This document shows positions 12,691 to 26,930 of a stretch of 64,000 nucleotides of DNA, one piece after another. Made by a program: the position numbers and the translations under genes. Position 1 is the stretch's first letter, and the number at the start of each line of letters is the position of its first letter. Under the pieces are notes generated by a model, which ran no database searches, had not been told where the DNA came from, and saw nothing but the letters and a program-made list of their open reading frames with translations. The stretch covers positions 1,178,001-1,242,000 of the forward strand of contig CM052849.1 in assembly GCA_028534125.1 (NCBI GenBank), read 5' to 3'. The stretch comes from Lama glama (lineage: Eukaryota).

Positions 12691-12920
12691 GGGGTCACTG
12701 TGTCCCGGGCGGTGCTTCCCACCCTCACGTCTGCCCCAGCAGGTCTTCACGGGGGCCCAGGCCCTGGCTGTCCACACGTGGGGGTCACATGTCATGGGCG
12801 GTGCTTCCCACCCTCACGTCCGCTCCGACAGGTCTTCTTGGGAGCCAAGGCCTGGGCCGCCCGCATTGGGGGGGTCTCTGTGTCCCGGACAATGCTTCCC
12901 ACCCACACATCCGCCCCAGG
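12691..12920. repeat. Tandem repeat, about 90-bp unit, about 2.6 copies
   Basis: Units start at 12691, 12781 and 12871 with ggggtc...tgcttcccaccc. Confidence 0.9.
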
Positions 12921-14720
12921 GGCCTGGGGGCTGGAATCGTTTTCAGTTTCAGTTTGTTTTTGGCCTCATGATTTAAGCGTTGCTGTCAGAACACCCTGGC
13001 TTGTGGGGGAGCACTGCATCGCAGAGCTGCCTCCTGATCTCTATTCCCCAGCATGTCTGGCAGGGTTGTCCCCGGAGACCTGAAATGAGAGCGGGCCGGG
13101 GTGGGGTCTGCAGATGTGTCACATGGAGGGGCCTGGGGAGTCTGGCATGTCAGGGCGGTCGTCATGTTCAGGGAAGCATGGCTGTGGGGCTGGTTTAGCG
13201 CCCAGGAACTCTGGTCAGGGGCATGCGGTCTTCAGCACCGATGCCCTTGTGCCCGTGTGACCTCCCTGTGTCCTGGCTTCTGGGGGCACTGCCCACCTCT
13301 CCCCGATCTCCATCTTGTTCCCTCGGACCTGGGCGCCCCGACCCTTCTCCCCGCATCCGCTCATGTTCTTCCTGGACAGAGGGCAGGGCTACACCCCCGG
13401 CAGAGGTGCCTGTGACAGTTACAGAGACCCAGCCAGTGAGAGGCAGTGACCTGGCGCCTGCACCCCAGAGCCGGGCCCCTAGCCCTTCTCCCCAGCCCCG
13501 CCGTCCTGGGCCCACTGGCAGGCCGGGAGCTCCGGGCTTCTCCCCGGCCCTGCGCTCCTCCCCATCCTCGGCACCTGCCCACGGCTCCCTGGGCCCCAGC
13601 CTCCACTGGCCTCCCTATGACCGCAGGTCTGCAGCAGGACCCTCAAATGTGCAGACAGCCTCCAGGAAGAAGCTGGAAAGTCCTGCCACCCCAGCCACCC
13701 AGAAATAATTGTGAACACGTGGCAGTTTTTCCTCCTTCTTTTTCTATGCGTGTGTAAATCTATATGGTATTCATATATTTTACATTTTTTTCACTTAACA
13801 CGTTATAAACTTTACTTGTGTTACCAAATGTTCTTTAAAGATATGATTTTTAATATGCTTTATTTAAATGTCCTTTTCAGGTAGACTTACAGTGTTTTCT
13901 GTTTATATTGCTGTTATCACAAATGTTATATTTTTGTGCCTAAATCAGGTACTTTTCTGACAGATTCCTGGAGATGGCACTTTAGGTAAAATGTTGGGGA
14001 TATTTAGTTTTTGGATGCACATTTCCAAACTGCTCTCCAGAAAGCATTGTATTGATTTATAGCCCTACCTGCCCACCCGGCTCTGCCCGCCCCTCCCGCA
14101 GCCGTAGGCATCCCCTGGCCCCCTGGCCCCCTGGCCCTAGCCAGACATGCTTGGCACTCATGGATCCTAAGTGTCTGGACTGTAGAGCCCCTCACACAGG
14201 TTGGTTATCACAGTGGGGGCTTGACTTCCACCAGGGGCTCTGTGAGGGTCCACTCATCCTGCCGGGTCTCCCCTGTCACACGGGTGGGACACTGTCCGGG
14301 CAGGGACGCAGAGACTCCAGCCCTTACCACCACCCCCAGGGGACACTGTTTTCACCTGCTTCACACTCTAGGGTCCCGCCCAAGGTCACTGCAGCCACTT
14401 TTCCACTCGCACGTTCCCCAGACCTCCTGTCTCTTCCTGCCTCAGCCTTTGCCCCACAGTCCTGGGGAACATCCAGACCAGGGAGCCCTGGGACGGTGGT
14501 CTGCCTCCTGCCCTGACGAGGCAGCCAGGCTTCTCCCCCCAGCACGGTGCCTGCTGTGCACGCTGGACACTCTATGGACTTTTCCCTCTGAAGGAGTGTG
14601 CACGGGGAGCTTGCCCAGAGGGCTGGTCCCTGCGCAGCCGGCCCACCGGCTTCTCTGAGAGGCAACTTGGAGAAGCCTCGGTCTCATGACTCCAGGCTTC
14701 AGAGTTTCATATACAAATAA

Positions 14721-14894
<174 letters not shown>

Positions 14895-14972
14895 TGACTG
14901 GTGGTAGCTGTGCCCAGGTGTCTGCAGTGTTCCTGGAGTGGGCTAGGGCTCTGAGGACACCACCTGCCTTAG

Positions 14973-15533
<561 letters not shown>

Positions 15534-15860
15534 GTAGCAGCCCCTCCTCTCCCGTGCTCGGGCTTCTCTTACAGCTGCGCACCTTGCACGGGTGGGGCCC
15601 TGCTCAGGTCCTCCCCGGACACGCACACTGGGCACAGGGAGCATTGCCTCTCAGGTTGGCGGCTGCCTGTTATAGGCTCCCATCGCTGGACACTCAGCTG
15701 ATGCTGTTGGAACCCACGAGACCTGTGGTCAGCGGGGGATGGCTGGGACGTAGGCGTGGGACCGTCTGTCCTCACGGCCTCGCCAGCCTGCCTGGGCAGG
15801 AGCATGTCTGGTGGGAGGGCCTGGGGCCTCACCTTTCCTCCGGGGCTGTTCTCTTGCCAG

Positions 15861-15943
15861 GGTTCTGTGCTCCACAGATCCCGACCGCTTCCAGGTGATG
15901 TTCTGCTACTTTGAGGATAAAGCCATTCAGAAGGACAAGTCTG
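15861..15943 (+). CDS. PI4KA: PI4KA exon 23
   Basis: [31 protein letters not shown] flanks. Confidence 0.95.
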
Positions 15944-17346
15944 GTGAGTGGATGGCACGCGTCCCTGTGAGCGAGCTTTCCCACTGTGAGAAGGGCTGCT
16001 GGGCCCAATTTTCTCTCTCTGTGGAGACAGCACTGTTATGAAGCTTTGTCCCACCCTGGGAAGATCAGGATAAAAACACATAATCTTAAAAAGTCCTCTC
16101 GCTGGCTCTGCCTCTGCTGTGGGGGGCCCTGCATCTGTGCACAGATTCCCTGTGGCCCCCGATTTCAGTCCCTTGTGCTGTTCTCTGCTGGACAGGCCCT
16201 GGGCGTCTTCATGACCAAGGCCCAGCCCTTCTTTTCCAATGTCTACAGCTGGGGGACTGAGAACCAGGCTTCAGGGCTCCCAGCAGACAGATGGCCATAA
16301 TACGCACATGGGTGCAGTATTTTTTATTATTTTGCTTAAAAGAAGGGAAAATATCTTAGAACATATATAACTAAATACACTGGGAGATACATTTCTGTAT
16401 CTCATGTGTGCATTTTATATTTATACATGCACACACGTATGCAGTGTTTTCTCCTCTATTTGTGGAGATGTGTAGCTGTTTCTCTCATGTAAAGAGGGAA
16501 CAGCAGGAAAGAGCCACACATCCAGGGAGAGGCCAGGTGCCCACCATTGGGTCTCAGTGCCCAGGCAGGAAGGGCACCCAGCAGGTGCAGAGGTGTCTGT
16601 GCAGCAGCCAGTGGTGCTGGTTAGCCGAGAGCAGAGAGAGAGCTCGCTGTGGGGCACCGCCCCGTTCCTCATTGTGGGGGCTCCCTCCTGCTAGCCACGA
16701 GGAGACCCCACCTCCTTCCCACGCGCATTTCCATCAGGCCAGGCCAGCAGGTCAGGACGTGGGGGCCACATCCTCCTTTCCTGGGGAAGTTTTGAAATAC
16801 AAAATAAGTCTGTGTGAAACACAAAGACTCGCAAGTCCCCAGGTGCAAATGTCCTCAGACCCTGAGCTCACAGGGCTTCAGGGGGGCCTGTCACAAGGAC
16901 CACACTCAGGACAGAAAGACCATTAAACTCTCATCTGGTTTCAAAATGTTGCTGTTACAGTAACCCTAGTGAGGCAAACCCAAGATAAGATTTGGAATTA
17001 AAACACACAGGGATGTTAAAATGGAGGCAGTGAAAAAGAAACGTTAAATGCACTGTGCAGGCACCATTTGCCCATTTTAGCACAAGAACACTGGTGAGGT
17101 TCAGTGTCATTGTGTCGGGGTGTGTGCTGATTTATAAGGTATTTAAAACCTGAAAGGACTCTGAAATGTTAGGCCTGTGCTTTAATTAAATGCTTAGAAG
17201 ACTTGTGACTAAGTTTATAATTGTGCTTAAATATTTGAGGAAATTTAGTGTGCTTGATCCACAGATTTTTAAATATATTTCACTTTAATAATGCATTTAT
17301 TTCAACAAACAGTATTAGCAATCATTTCAGGTTTTCTCACGGTAGA

Positions 17347-17480
17347 GGGGGAGGGTATAGCTCAGTGGTAGAGCACATGCCTAGCGTGCACGAGGTCATG
17401 GGTTCTATCCCCAGTACCTCCATTAAATAAAACATAATAATAATAAATAAACTTAATTACCTCCCGCCCCCCAAAAACTT
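17347..17480 (+). mobile_element. tRNA-derived SINE (camelid Vic-1-like)
   Basis: gggagggtatagctcagtggtagag (A box) ... ggttctatcccc (B box), A-rich tail. Confidence 0.85.
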
Positions 17481-18126
17481 AAGAAACTAGTTCCTAAAAT
17501 GTTAAGAAGGAATTATTCACGAAATTGTTACTCTTTTTAAACAAATAACTGTTTTTATTGATGGCAAAAAGAGTTGGCTTTTCAGATTCAGCGGGACAGT
17601 GTGTTTACTGTTCTTGAAGGCATGTTTTGGAGTCACGCCTTCTGGAATGTCCTGGCCTTGATGCACTCGTTCCTACAGACACTCCCCGTCTGAACAGCTT
17701 TGTTTTTACACAGTTCCCTCATCTGTCCTCTAAAGGCCTGTGGATGAAGGGTTTTTTTTTTTTTTAACAAACTTTGCTGATTTGCTGGGTCCGTGAATGC
17801 TGATTAGCGGTGTGGGTAAATATTTCGAGGACTGCTGCATGCTAATTCCGAGATGAGTACGTTCAGATGAATATAAGCGCTGTGGGCCGCGGGGAGTCCG
17901 TCCTCCCCAGAGAAGCTCGTCCCCACCAGGGAGGAACCAACCCCCAGATCCTTATCGGACTCTTTTCCCCTTCAGTGGAAAAATCAATTATTGGAGAAGC
18001 CACTTGAGAAATCAGCTGAGGGACTGTGAGCAGCTGCTTCCCTAGAGGCCTGCCCGGGTTCCTGGGCGCTCCTGCGGGGAGATTCCCGCGGGGCCGGGCA
18101 GGCCGACCACGGGTGGGGGCTCCGGA

Positions 18127-18143
18127 GCGCCCTCTGCTGGCCA
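18127..18143 (-). promoter_or_regulatory. CTCF consensus site
   Basis: TGGCCAGCAGAGGGCGC on the - strand within a small CpG-rich patch. Confidence 0.7.
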
Positions 18144-19152
18144 CTCGCCACCCTCGCCGAGGACGTGTTTCCTGCGGTTCTTTCGACCGCACCGAAGTTC
18201 TCACTGTGCTGTGGCTTCTTCAAGTTGGCTCTGTGCCCCGGGGGCCGCGCGTATGCCCCGTTCCTAGATCTTATTCCCAGAGAGAGTACAGGATGAGTGC
18301 GGGGCACCCTCAGTGCTGGACAGTAGGGTCGTGCCAGTCAGACGAGGAAAGAACATACGTGGTTGTCACAGGTCACAGGAGCCAGCCTGAGAACAGCCAA
18401 GTAAATAGGATTCACAAACCCTACTCACCTGACTGTCGGCCTCAGGGACAGACCCTCCTTGCAGGACTCCGCTTGCCACACCAGAGCCCGTTGCCCCAGC
18501 TCAGTGAATTTTAGGAGATGGGGTATCTGCACAACCTCCGAGGGTCTGCTGGTCACGGTTGGTTTCCACCTGCGTCCGCAGATTCTCTCCAGGAGGTGCT
18601 GCTCCCGGCCTCTGCCCGGAGCTGGGGCTGGACTCAAGGCCTGGCTTCTAAGGGTGGAGTCAGGGAGGGGACAGTAGGAACCTGGGAGGTATCCCGGCAC
18701 TGCGTGCCCAGGGCCGGGAGGTACTGACTACACTCTGACAACGTGCGACTGGAAGGGCATGTTGCTGAAATACCACGAGCTTGGTCCACGCAGGAGCCGG
18801 CACCACACAGGCCCCAGTGGGGGACATCGTACAAAGTGCCTGTGCTCCTCAGAAGAGGCCGGAAAGACCAGAACAGCTGGAGACATCAATGCAGACCTGG
18901 CGGGGGGTGGCGAGGAGGTGCTGAGCTGATGCCACCTGGTGTCCTGGGCTGGGTCCTGGGACAGAAGGGGACTTGGCAGGAGACAGGGGATCCAGAGAAA
19001 GGCTGGAGTCCAGGTGGCAGTGCTGTGTCACTGCAGATGACATGTGACGTTGGGGAGGCTGGGGCGACATGTGGGACCCCATGCTCACTCTGTAAATCTG
19101 GAGAGCAGCCAGGGTGGGTCCCTGCCCTCTGACAGCCGGCCTCCCATTTCAG

Positions 19153-19223
19153 GGATGATGCAGTGCGTGATCGCTGTCGCGGACAAAGTGTTCGATGCCT
19201 TCCTGAACATGATGGCAGATAAA
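19153..19223 (+). CDS. PI4KA: PI4KA exon 24
   Basis: [24 protein letters not shown]|gtaag. Confidence 0.95.
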
Positions 19224-19295
19224 GTAAGCCTTGTGGGAGCCCCGCGTGCCTGCCAGCACCTCGGGGTGCCTGCTACCTGTCTCTTCCCAATGCAG

Positions 19296-19420
19296 GCCAA
19301 GACCAAGGAGAACGAGGAGGAGCTGGAGCGGCATGCCCAGTTCCTGCTGGTGAATTTCAACCACATCCACAAGAGGATCCGGAGGGTAGCCGACAAGTAC
19401 CTGTCTGGTCTGGTAGACAA
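19296..19420 (+). CDS. PI4KA: PI4KA exon 25
   Basis: [41 protein letters not shown]|gtgag. Confidence 0.95.
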
Positions 19421-20047
19421 GTGAGCCCTCTTCCCTACTGCTGCTGCTGCTGCTATGTGTGTGCGCATGTGTGCACATGTAGACCTGGGCCGCAGGGGGT
19501 GTGTCCTCCTTGCGTTCTCAGTACAGAGAAAAGTGGAGCCAGTTACGGCCCTCCAAGGGCAGTGCAGCCTCCACAGGGTGCCAGCCAGTGAGAGTTCAGT
19601 GGCACAAAACGTTTCCTGTTCTGAGCTGTCAGTGTTATTTACATTGGGTGTTGAGTCTGCCACTGTCCCAGCCCAGAGCCTGGCCAGAGGCCCCCAGGGG
19701 AACCGGTATCTCCCAGGCCCCTCGGGAGGAGGCGAGCCCACCCTGAGCCAGCTCCACATTGGCTCTCCTTGCTGCACTGGAGCAACGGCAGACTTATGGG
19801 ATGTCCCCCACAGATGCCGGCCCTCAAAGTGGGCTGGGCAGCCTCCTGGGAGCGTGAAAGCTAGAGGCTGTTGGGCCTACCCACAGCTCCTCAGGGTGTC
19901 CCTGGAGCTGCAGACACTCACGCAGCGTGTCTGAGCCGCGCCTCCGAGGGGCCACAGCATGTCCCAATCATGCGTCCTGCTCTCCTTGGCCTGTGGCCAC
20001 CACGCTCCGAGCAGCTTCTTCTCTGTACCCCAGGTGTCCTGCAGATA

Positions 20048-20875
<828 letters not shown>

Positions 20876-21179
20876 TAGGCAGTTCTCAGCTGCCTGGCGG
20901 TTTATGGTGTCTCAAAGCTGTGTGAGTGTCCAGTGCTTGGCTGCTCAGAGGTGCTCTGGCTCCTGCTGTGCTGGGCAGGCCCCACAACTTGGGCTTTGTG
21001 CTGCATGTGGGTCTCAGCCAAGCAGACAGCCCCAGGGAAGGAGGATGTGCTGAGTGGGTCTGACACAGAGCCCTCACTGCGGCAGATTGAATCTAGGCTC
21101 AGACCATAGCCTAGGGCTGGCCCACATCCCAGACTTGGCACCTCCCCTCCCCACAGGAGCCCTGGTGACGACGGTCACA

Positions 21180-21540
21180 GTGTTAGCTTGCTGGGCCACT
21201 GTGGCAAGGTCCTCAGCGTGATGGATGAAACAGCAAAGGTCTAGCCCTTCCTCGTCCTGAAGGCTGGAGGTCTGAGGTCAAGGTGTTGTCAGGGCTGGTT
21301 CCTCTCTGTGGTCTGTTGATGGCGCCCTGTCCTGTACCCCCATGTGGTGGTCCCTCTGTGCAGGACTGTGTCCTAATCACGTCCTCTTGTAAGGCTGTCA
21401 CGTTGATCAGGGCCACTCTCACTACCCCACTTGACCGTAATCACCTCTTTAAAGATTCTTTGTTCTTTAAACACAGTCATGATTTGAGATGCTGGGGTTA
21501 GAGCTTCAGCACGGCTCCAGGGACACAATTTAGCCCTCGG
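21180..21540. mobile_element. MaLR (MLT1-like) solo LTR
   Basis: ggctggaggtctgaggtcaaggtgttgtcagggctggttcct and gggacacaatttagccc resemble the MLT1 consensus. Confidence 0.75.
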
Positions 21541-21549
21541 GGTAACTGA

Positions 21550-21711
<162 letters not shown>

Positions 21712-22695
21712 TAACGTCACCCAAGGGCAGCCTCGGAGAGCAGGTGCAGGGGTCCAGGGTGGGCGGCCTGGGGAGCTGACCACCACAGCAGATGAGGTGC
21801 TGGGTTTGGGGCAGGGCCTGGGGCTGCCTGCAGGCTGGGTGAGGGGGGTGCCCAGGGGCCCACATGCCAGCGGGAGCGGTGGCTCCAAGGGATGCCCTGC
21901 AGCCCCTAAGCCCAGGGCTGAGGGAGCCAGCACAGTGGGGGCAGAGTCCAGGAGACGTGTAGCTGCGTGTGAGGCCTTCCAGACTGACTGTAAGTTCACA
22001 TGACTGCCCAGTGAGCCATCACTGAGTTGGTCAAGCAGACGCACAAAAATGCCACCATGTGGGAGAGCAGGGGGGTCCCTTCGAAGGGATCAAAGATGAG
22101 AAAGGCCACTGGGAGCAATCTGGTTGGACCACAGCAGGTGTGTTGAGGGGGCTTGTAAAATTGACCTCGGGAACTGGTCAGGATAGAGCTGGTGTGAATC
22201 TGGGATGGGCAGGGCCGGGGCTCCCAGTGCCTGCAAGGACCTGGGGTGTGCCCAGGGGACCCAAGACTGCCCCTCCACAAAGACGTAGGAGCTGGGAGGA
22301 TGCAGTCCTCGGGGACAAGCAGCTGTGACTTGGTGGTGGCCATCCACCACACAAGGTGGCATCCTCCCGAGTGCTTGCTTTTCAGACGGTCCATGTTCCT
22401 TCGGCTCATGTGGAGGACAGGGCCCAGCTCCGTGGCTATGGTCTCAGGCGGGAAGCCCCCTTTCATTCCTAGACGGGGTCAGCGGGAGGCCTGGCCCAAG
22501 AGGGAAGAGCATGATGCACTTGAAAGAGCCTTGCCACTCTCCCAGACACCCCATGTGGCCCAGGCCCTCCTTTCCCCACCCCCTGGGGTCAGAGGGGCTC
22601 CAACCCAGCCAGGCAGCAGGGCGGACCCCACGTTGGAGCCAGGGTGTACTTTGCTATCCTGCACCTACTTCACGGAGGCTTGTTTTCACCTTTAA

Positions 22696-22989
<294 letters not shown>

Positions 22990-24167
22990 TAAGCTTGGTT
23001 TGTTAGCAAGGTCAGGTGTGGGTTTTTGTGTGTCCATGAGAAGTGTTCTGTGGGACATGGTTGGGCTGACCTGGACGCCTGAGGACCCCCTCGTCGCCTT
23101 CAGCTACATCCCCTTATCCTCAGCTTCATCTCGAGGTTAATTTAGGGGCCTGCACTGGGTGGTCCTTTCAGGGCCAGATCAGAGCTTTACCTCGAAGCCG
23201 GTGGTTGATAATGGTGACCGACCGGACGGGCAGTGCTGTGTGTTGGCATCTCCCAGCCTGGGATCCGTCAGAGCTGAGGTGGCTGTGTGTGCACCTCTGC
23301 TGCCCACTCTGGGGTGGGTGGCGACTGGCCCCCCAGTCAGGAAGGGAGGAGCCCATTAGGCAGGCTGGGCGCATAAGGGCCTATGCGGTCACCTGGGGTC
23401 ACTGTGCTTTCTCTGAGGACACAGGCATCCTGCACACGGCCCACAGGGCCAGGCTCAGGCAGGGTCTGTGGATTGGCGCTGCCCCATCTTTGGGCTCTGC
23501 GGGGCCAGGCAGCTCACCCTGGGTCTCTCCAGATTCTGAGGACACAGGCAGAGATGGGGCAGGGTTCAGATAAGGTGGTGTGTAGTAAGTGTGCTGGAGG
23601 GACATGAGGCAGGTGGTCCCGGGTGGAGTGGGTGGGTCCTGCTGGGGTGGGGACAGGAGCACCAAGGCCCCGAGTCTTGGGGAACAGGAGGACAGGCATG
23701 AGGCTGAAGTGGAGGAACAGGGCTGGTGTGATCCCTTGGCAGGTCTGTCCCCCATGGTCTGCCTTCTCACTCGGGAGTGTGGGCAGCCAGGGGTGTGCCA
23801 GCCCCACTGGCCACCGCACTCGCCTCAGCCACCTTCCCCGTCTTTGGGCACAGTTACCAGCACGTGCCACCTTGGAGGCCAGGGCTCCCCAGGACCCCAT
23901 GCAGTTTCTGTGGGAAGAGCTGCTCTCCTGTCACTGGGCAACAGCAGCCAGGATGCACTGGGGGCTGCAGTCAGCCTGCCTTCTGGAGGGATGCTTGGAA
24001 TAGAACCTTGAAAATCCTCCGTGCAGCCTGCAGAGCAGAGGGTGTTCAGAAGTGTTTTATTTTATTAACAACCGGGTCTGGATTTGATGTCCTACCTGGG
24101 GCTTAGACCTCAGAGTAGCCCAGCAGACACGCCTGGGCGCCCGGTAACCGTCAATGCCTGTCTACAG

Positions 24168-24260
24168 GCGACCCAGCTGACGGAGCGGCCGGCCTGCGTG
24201 AAGAAGGACTACTCCAACTTCATGGCATCCCTCAACCTGCGCAACCGCTACGCTGGCGAG
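24168..24260 (+). CDS. PI4KA: PI4KA exon 30
   Basis: [35 protein letters not shown] flanks. Confidence 0.95.
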
Positions 24261-24426
24261 GTACCCCGCCTGGCGGGAATGGCTGGTGTCTAAAGGACAG
24301 GCTGCAGGGAGGTTGTGTACAGGGGGGCGAGCCTGTCACTCTGTGGAGATGGGATGGGGGTGTCTGCATAGGTGGGGCGGCCAAGCCTGGCCCAGGGCCC
24401 CTCCGCTGATGGCATGCTCCCTGCAG

Positions 24427-24583
24427 GTGTGTGGGATGATTCGGTTCTCAGACGCCACTGGCCAGACGTCCGACCTGAACAAGATGATGGTTCAGGAGCT
24501 GAACGCAGCGCTGGACCGGGGTGACCCCCAGCACTACACACAGGCCATGTTCAAACTGACGGCCATGCTCATCAGCAGCAAAG
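24427..24583 (+). CDS. PI4KA: PI4KA exon 31
   Basis: [21 protein letters not shown]...AMLISSK, AG/GT flanks. Confidence 0.95.
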
Positions 24584-24651
24584 GTAACCCAGGGCTGGTC
24601 CATAAACGGCAATGCCCCGCCAGCCCAGGGAGCCAGCGCTCCCCAGCCTAG

Positions 24652-24978
<327 letters not shown>

Positions 24979-25417
24979 TGAACAGACAGAGAGCAGACCC
25001 TGGTCCTCAGCAGATGAGCTTGGAGACCCCGGGCAAGCCCCTCTGCAGGGCCTGGAGTCAGACCAGGACAGTGACACCTAGCTGCAGGACTGTGGGGGCA
25101 GAGGGCATGTGTGTAAAAGGACCGGTGGTGCTGGGGGCTGTCGTTTGTCTGGAGCACGGCAGGGGGAGCCATTTCTCTGAGAGCGGATGTGGTCACGGTG
25201 CTGCTGTTGGTCCACAGGACGGTGTCTCAGCCTGCTAGCTGGGGGAGGAGGGCCTCCTGGGTCTGTATTTCTAGAGTTGCTCGGGGAACCACGGGGAAGG
25301 TCACAGACACCCTTACAGCTGATTGGGTGAACACCAAAGGACTGAATTATTTTTCAAAGATCCTGTTAATTTCCAAGGTAACAGGGAATTTGACACTTTT
25401 TTGACTTGTTTCTTAAG

Positions 25418-25597
25418 ATAAGTTGAGATAAGTGGTTAGAGGGGGCACTTTATGTGTCTTGCCCCCCAGGGGACACTGGATAAGTTCCAAGGATGGAATT
25501 GGGGTGCAATAAGTTGAGTAAGTGGTCAGAGGGGGCATTTTATGTGTCTTGCCCCCTGAGGGACACTGGATAAGTTCCAAGGAAGGAATTGGGGTGC
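25418..25597. repeat. Tandem duplication, about 90 bp, 2 copies
   Basis: ataagttgag...ggaattggggtgc repeated at 25418 and 25509. Confidence 0.92.
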
Positions 25598-26329
25598 CCC
25601 AGGCAGTGTGGTGGCAGCGGTCTTGATAACCCTCGTTTGCCAGGCATCTTACGACTGCCCCTCGTTTGTGTCCGGCACACCCTGCAGAGCCTGAGGCAGT
25701 GGGAGAGGCCCCTCTCAGGAGGGGAGTCGGCTGGGCCCCAGGCTCTGGGCGCAGCCAGCTCTGCAGTCGCCAGGGCACAGGGCTCTGGTCTGCTGGGTGT
25801 GGTGACTACGGGCTCCCCGCAGTCTTAGTGCAGAGATCACAAGCTGGTCTGGTGCCTGGCAGGCTTGGTGCTGGCTCGCTGGGCTGCAGGGCGTGCTGCC
25901 GCGTGGCCATCGTCACTGTGGGAGGGGGCCCCCTCCTGGCCCCACAGTCATGGCTGGACCACCTTCGAGCTCTGTTCTGGCCTGTTTCACGCTGCATGAG
26001 TCACTCACCTTGTAATGGGGCTGTGTGTGTCCTAAAGGGGAAAACCTTTCAGCGAAGTCAGGAGGATGCTTTAAGCTGTGTTCACATAGCAGCTAGTTGT
26101 CTCCATCCCTCATGCGGTTCTGTAAACTCCCCGTGTCCCCACCCCACCAGGAGCGCCCCAGCAGACTCCCGCCCAGCCCGCCTCCATCTCACGTGGGAGG
26201 CGCTTCTCCTGGGTCCGCCGTCCTGGGGCCTGAGTGGACGGTTCTGTGGGTTGGTTGCCTTCCGCACCTTATGTCTGTTGTCTGCTGGCTTGCGTTGTTT
26301 ATGGGAAAAAATCAGCAAATTATCATCAT

Positions 26330-26930
26330 TTCTCAATATGTACCATAATTGGGTTTTTTTAAAGCTACTTTTAGGGTATTTCTCTTTGATTTTTAATAGT
26401 TTAAGTATGATGTGCCTGGGTGCAGTTTTCTGCGTATTTTATGTTTGCATTCACTGAACTTCCTAAATTTAGAGACTTCAGATTTGTCATCAAACTTGGA
26501 AAATTTCACGCTACTAGTTTATAAAAGACACTTTTTGCCCCATTTACCCTTTTTTCTCACTTGGGTTCCAGGGACACTTGTGTTGGTGACTTTGTGACAG
26601 CAGCATTGTCCGCAGGTCACAACCTTCAGTTGTTTTGGCTCATTTTAACTGGCCTGCCTTCCACGTCCCTGGTACGTTCTCCTGCCTTAGTCATTCTGTT
26701 ATCAAACCATATTTTATTTATTTCATTTGAGATAATTCTCAGATAAAGGATTTGTTTTTTCACACTTCATATTTCTTTGCTGAGACTCTGTGTCTCCACT
26801 TTTTCTATCTTTTTCAATAAATCTTACGACATATTCATAATAATTACTTAAAATGCTCATCCAGTCAGTTACTTCCAGTATCAGGGTCATCAGTGAGTCA
26901 GTTTCTGTTCATTTTTTCTTTACTGTGTTG
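26330..26930 (-). mobile_element. Old LINE-1 fragment
   Basis: T-rich island in a GC-rich intron with L1-like tttaagtatgatgtgcctgggtg and acttggaaaatttc. Confidence 0.6.

Noticed and set aside
12691-12920. CRISPR-like array
   Set aside because: Mammalian DNA; whole units are repeated with no unique spacers and no cas genes
17347-17425. tRNA gene calls at the A/B-box elements
   Set aside because: A-rich tails, target-site duplications and multiple diverged copies indicate SINEs
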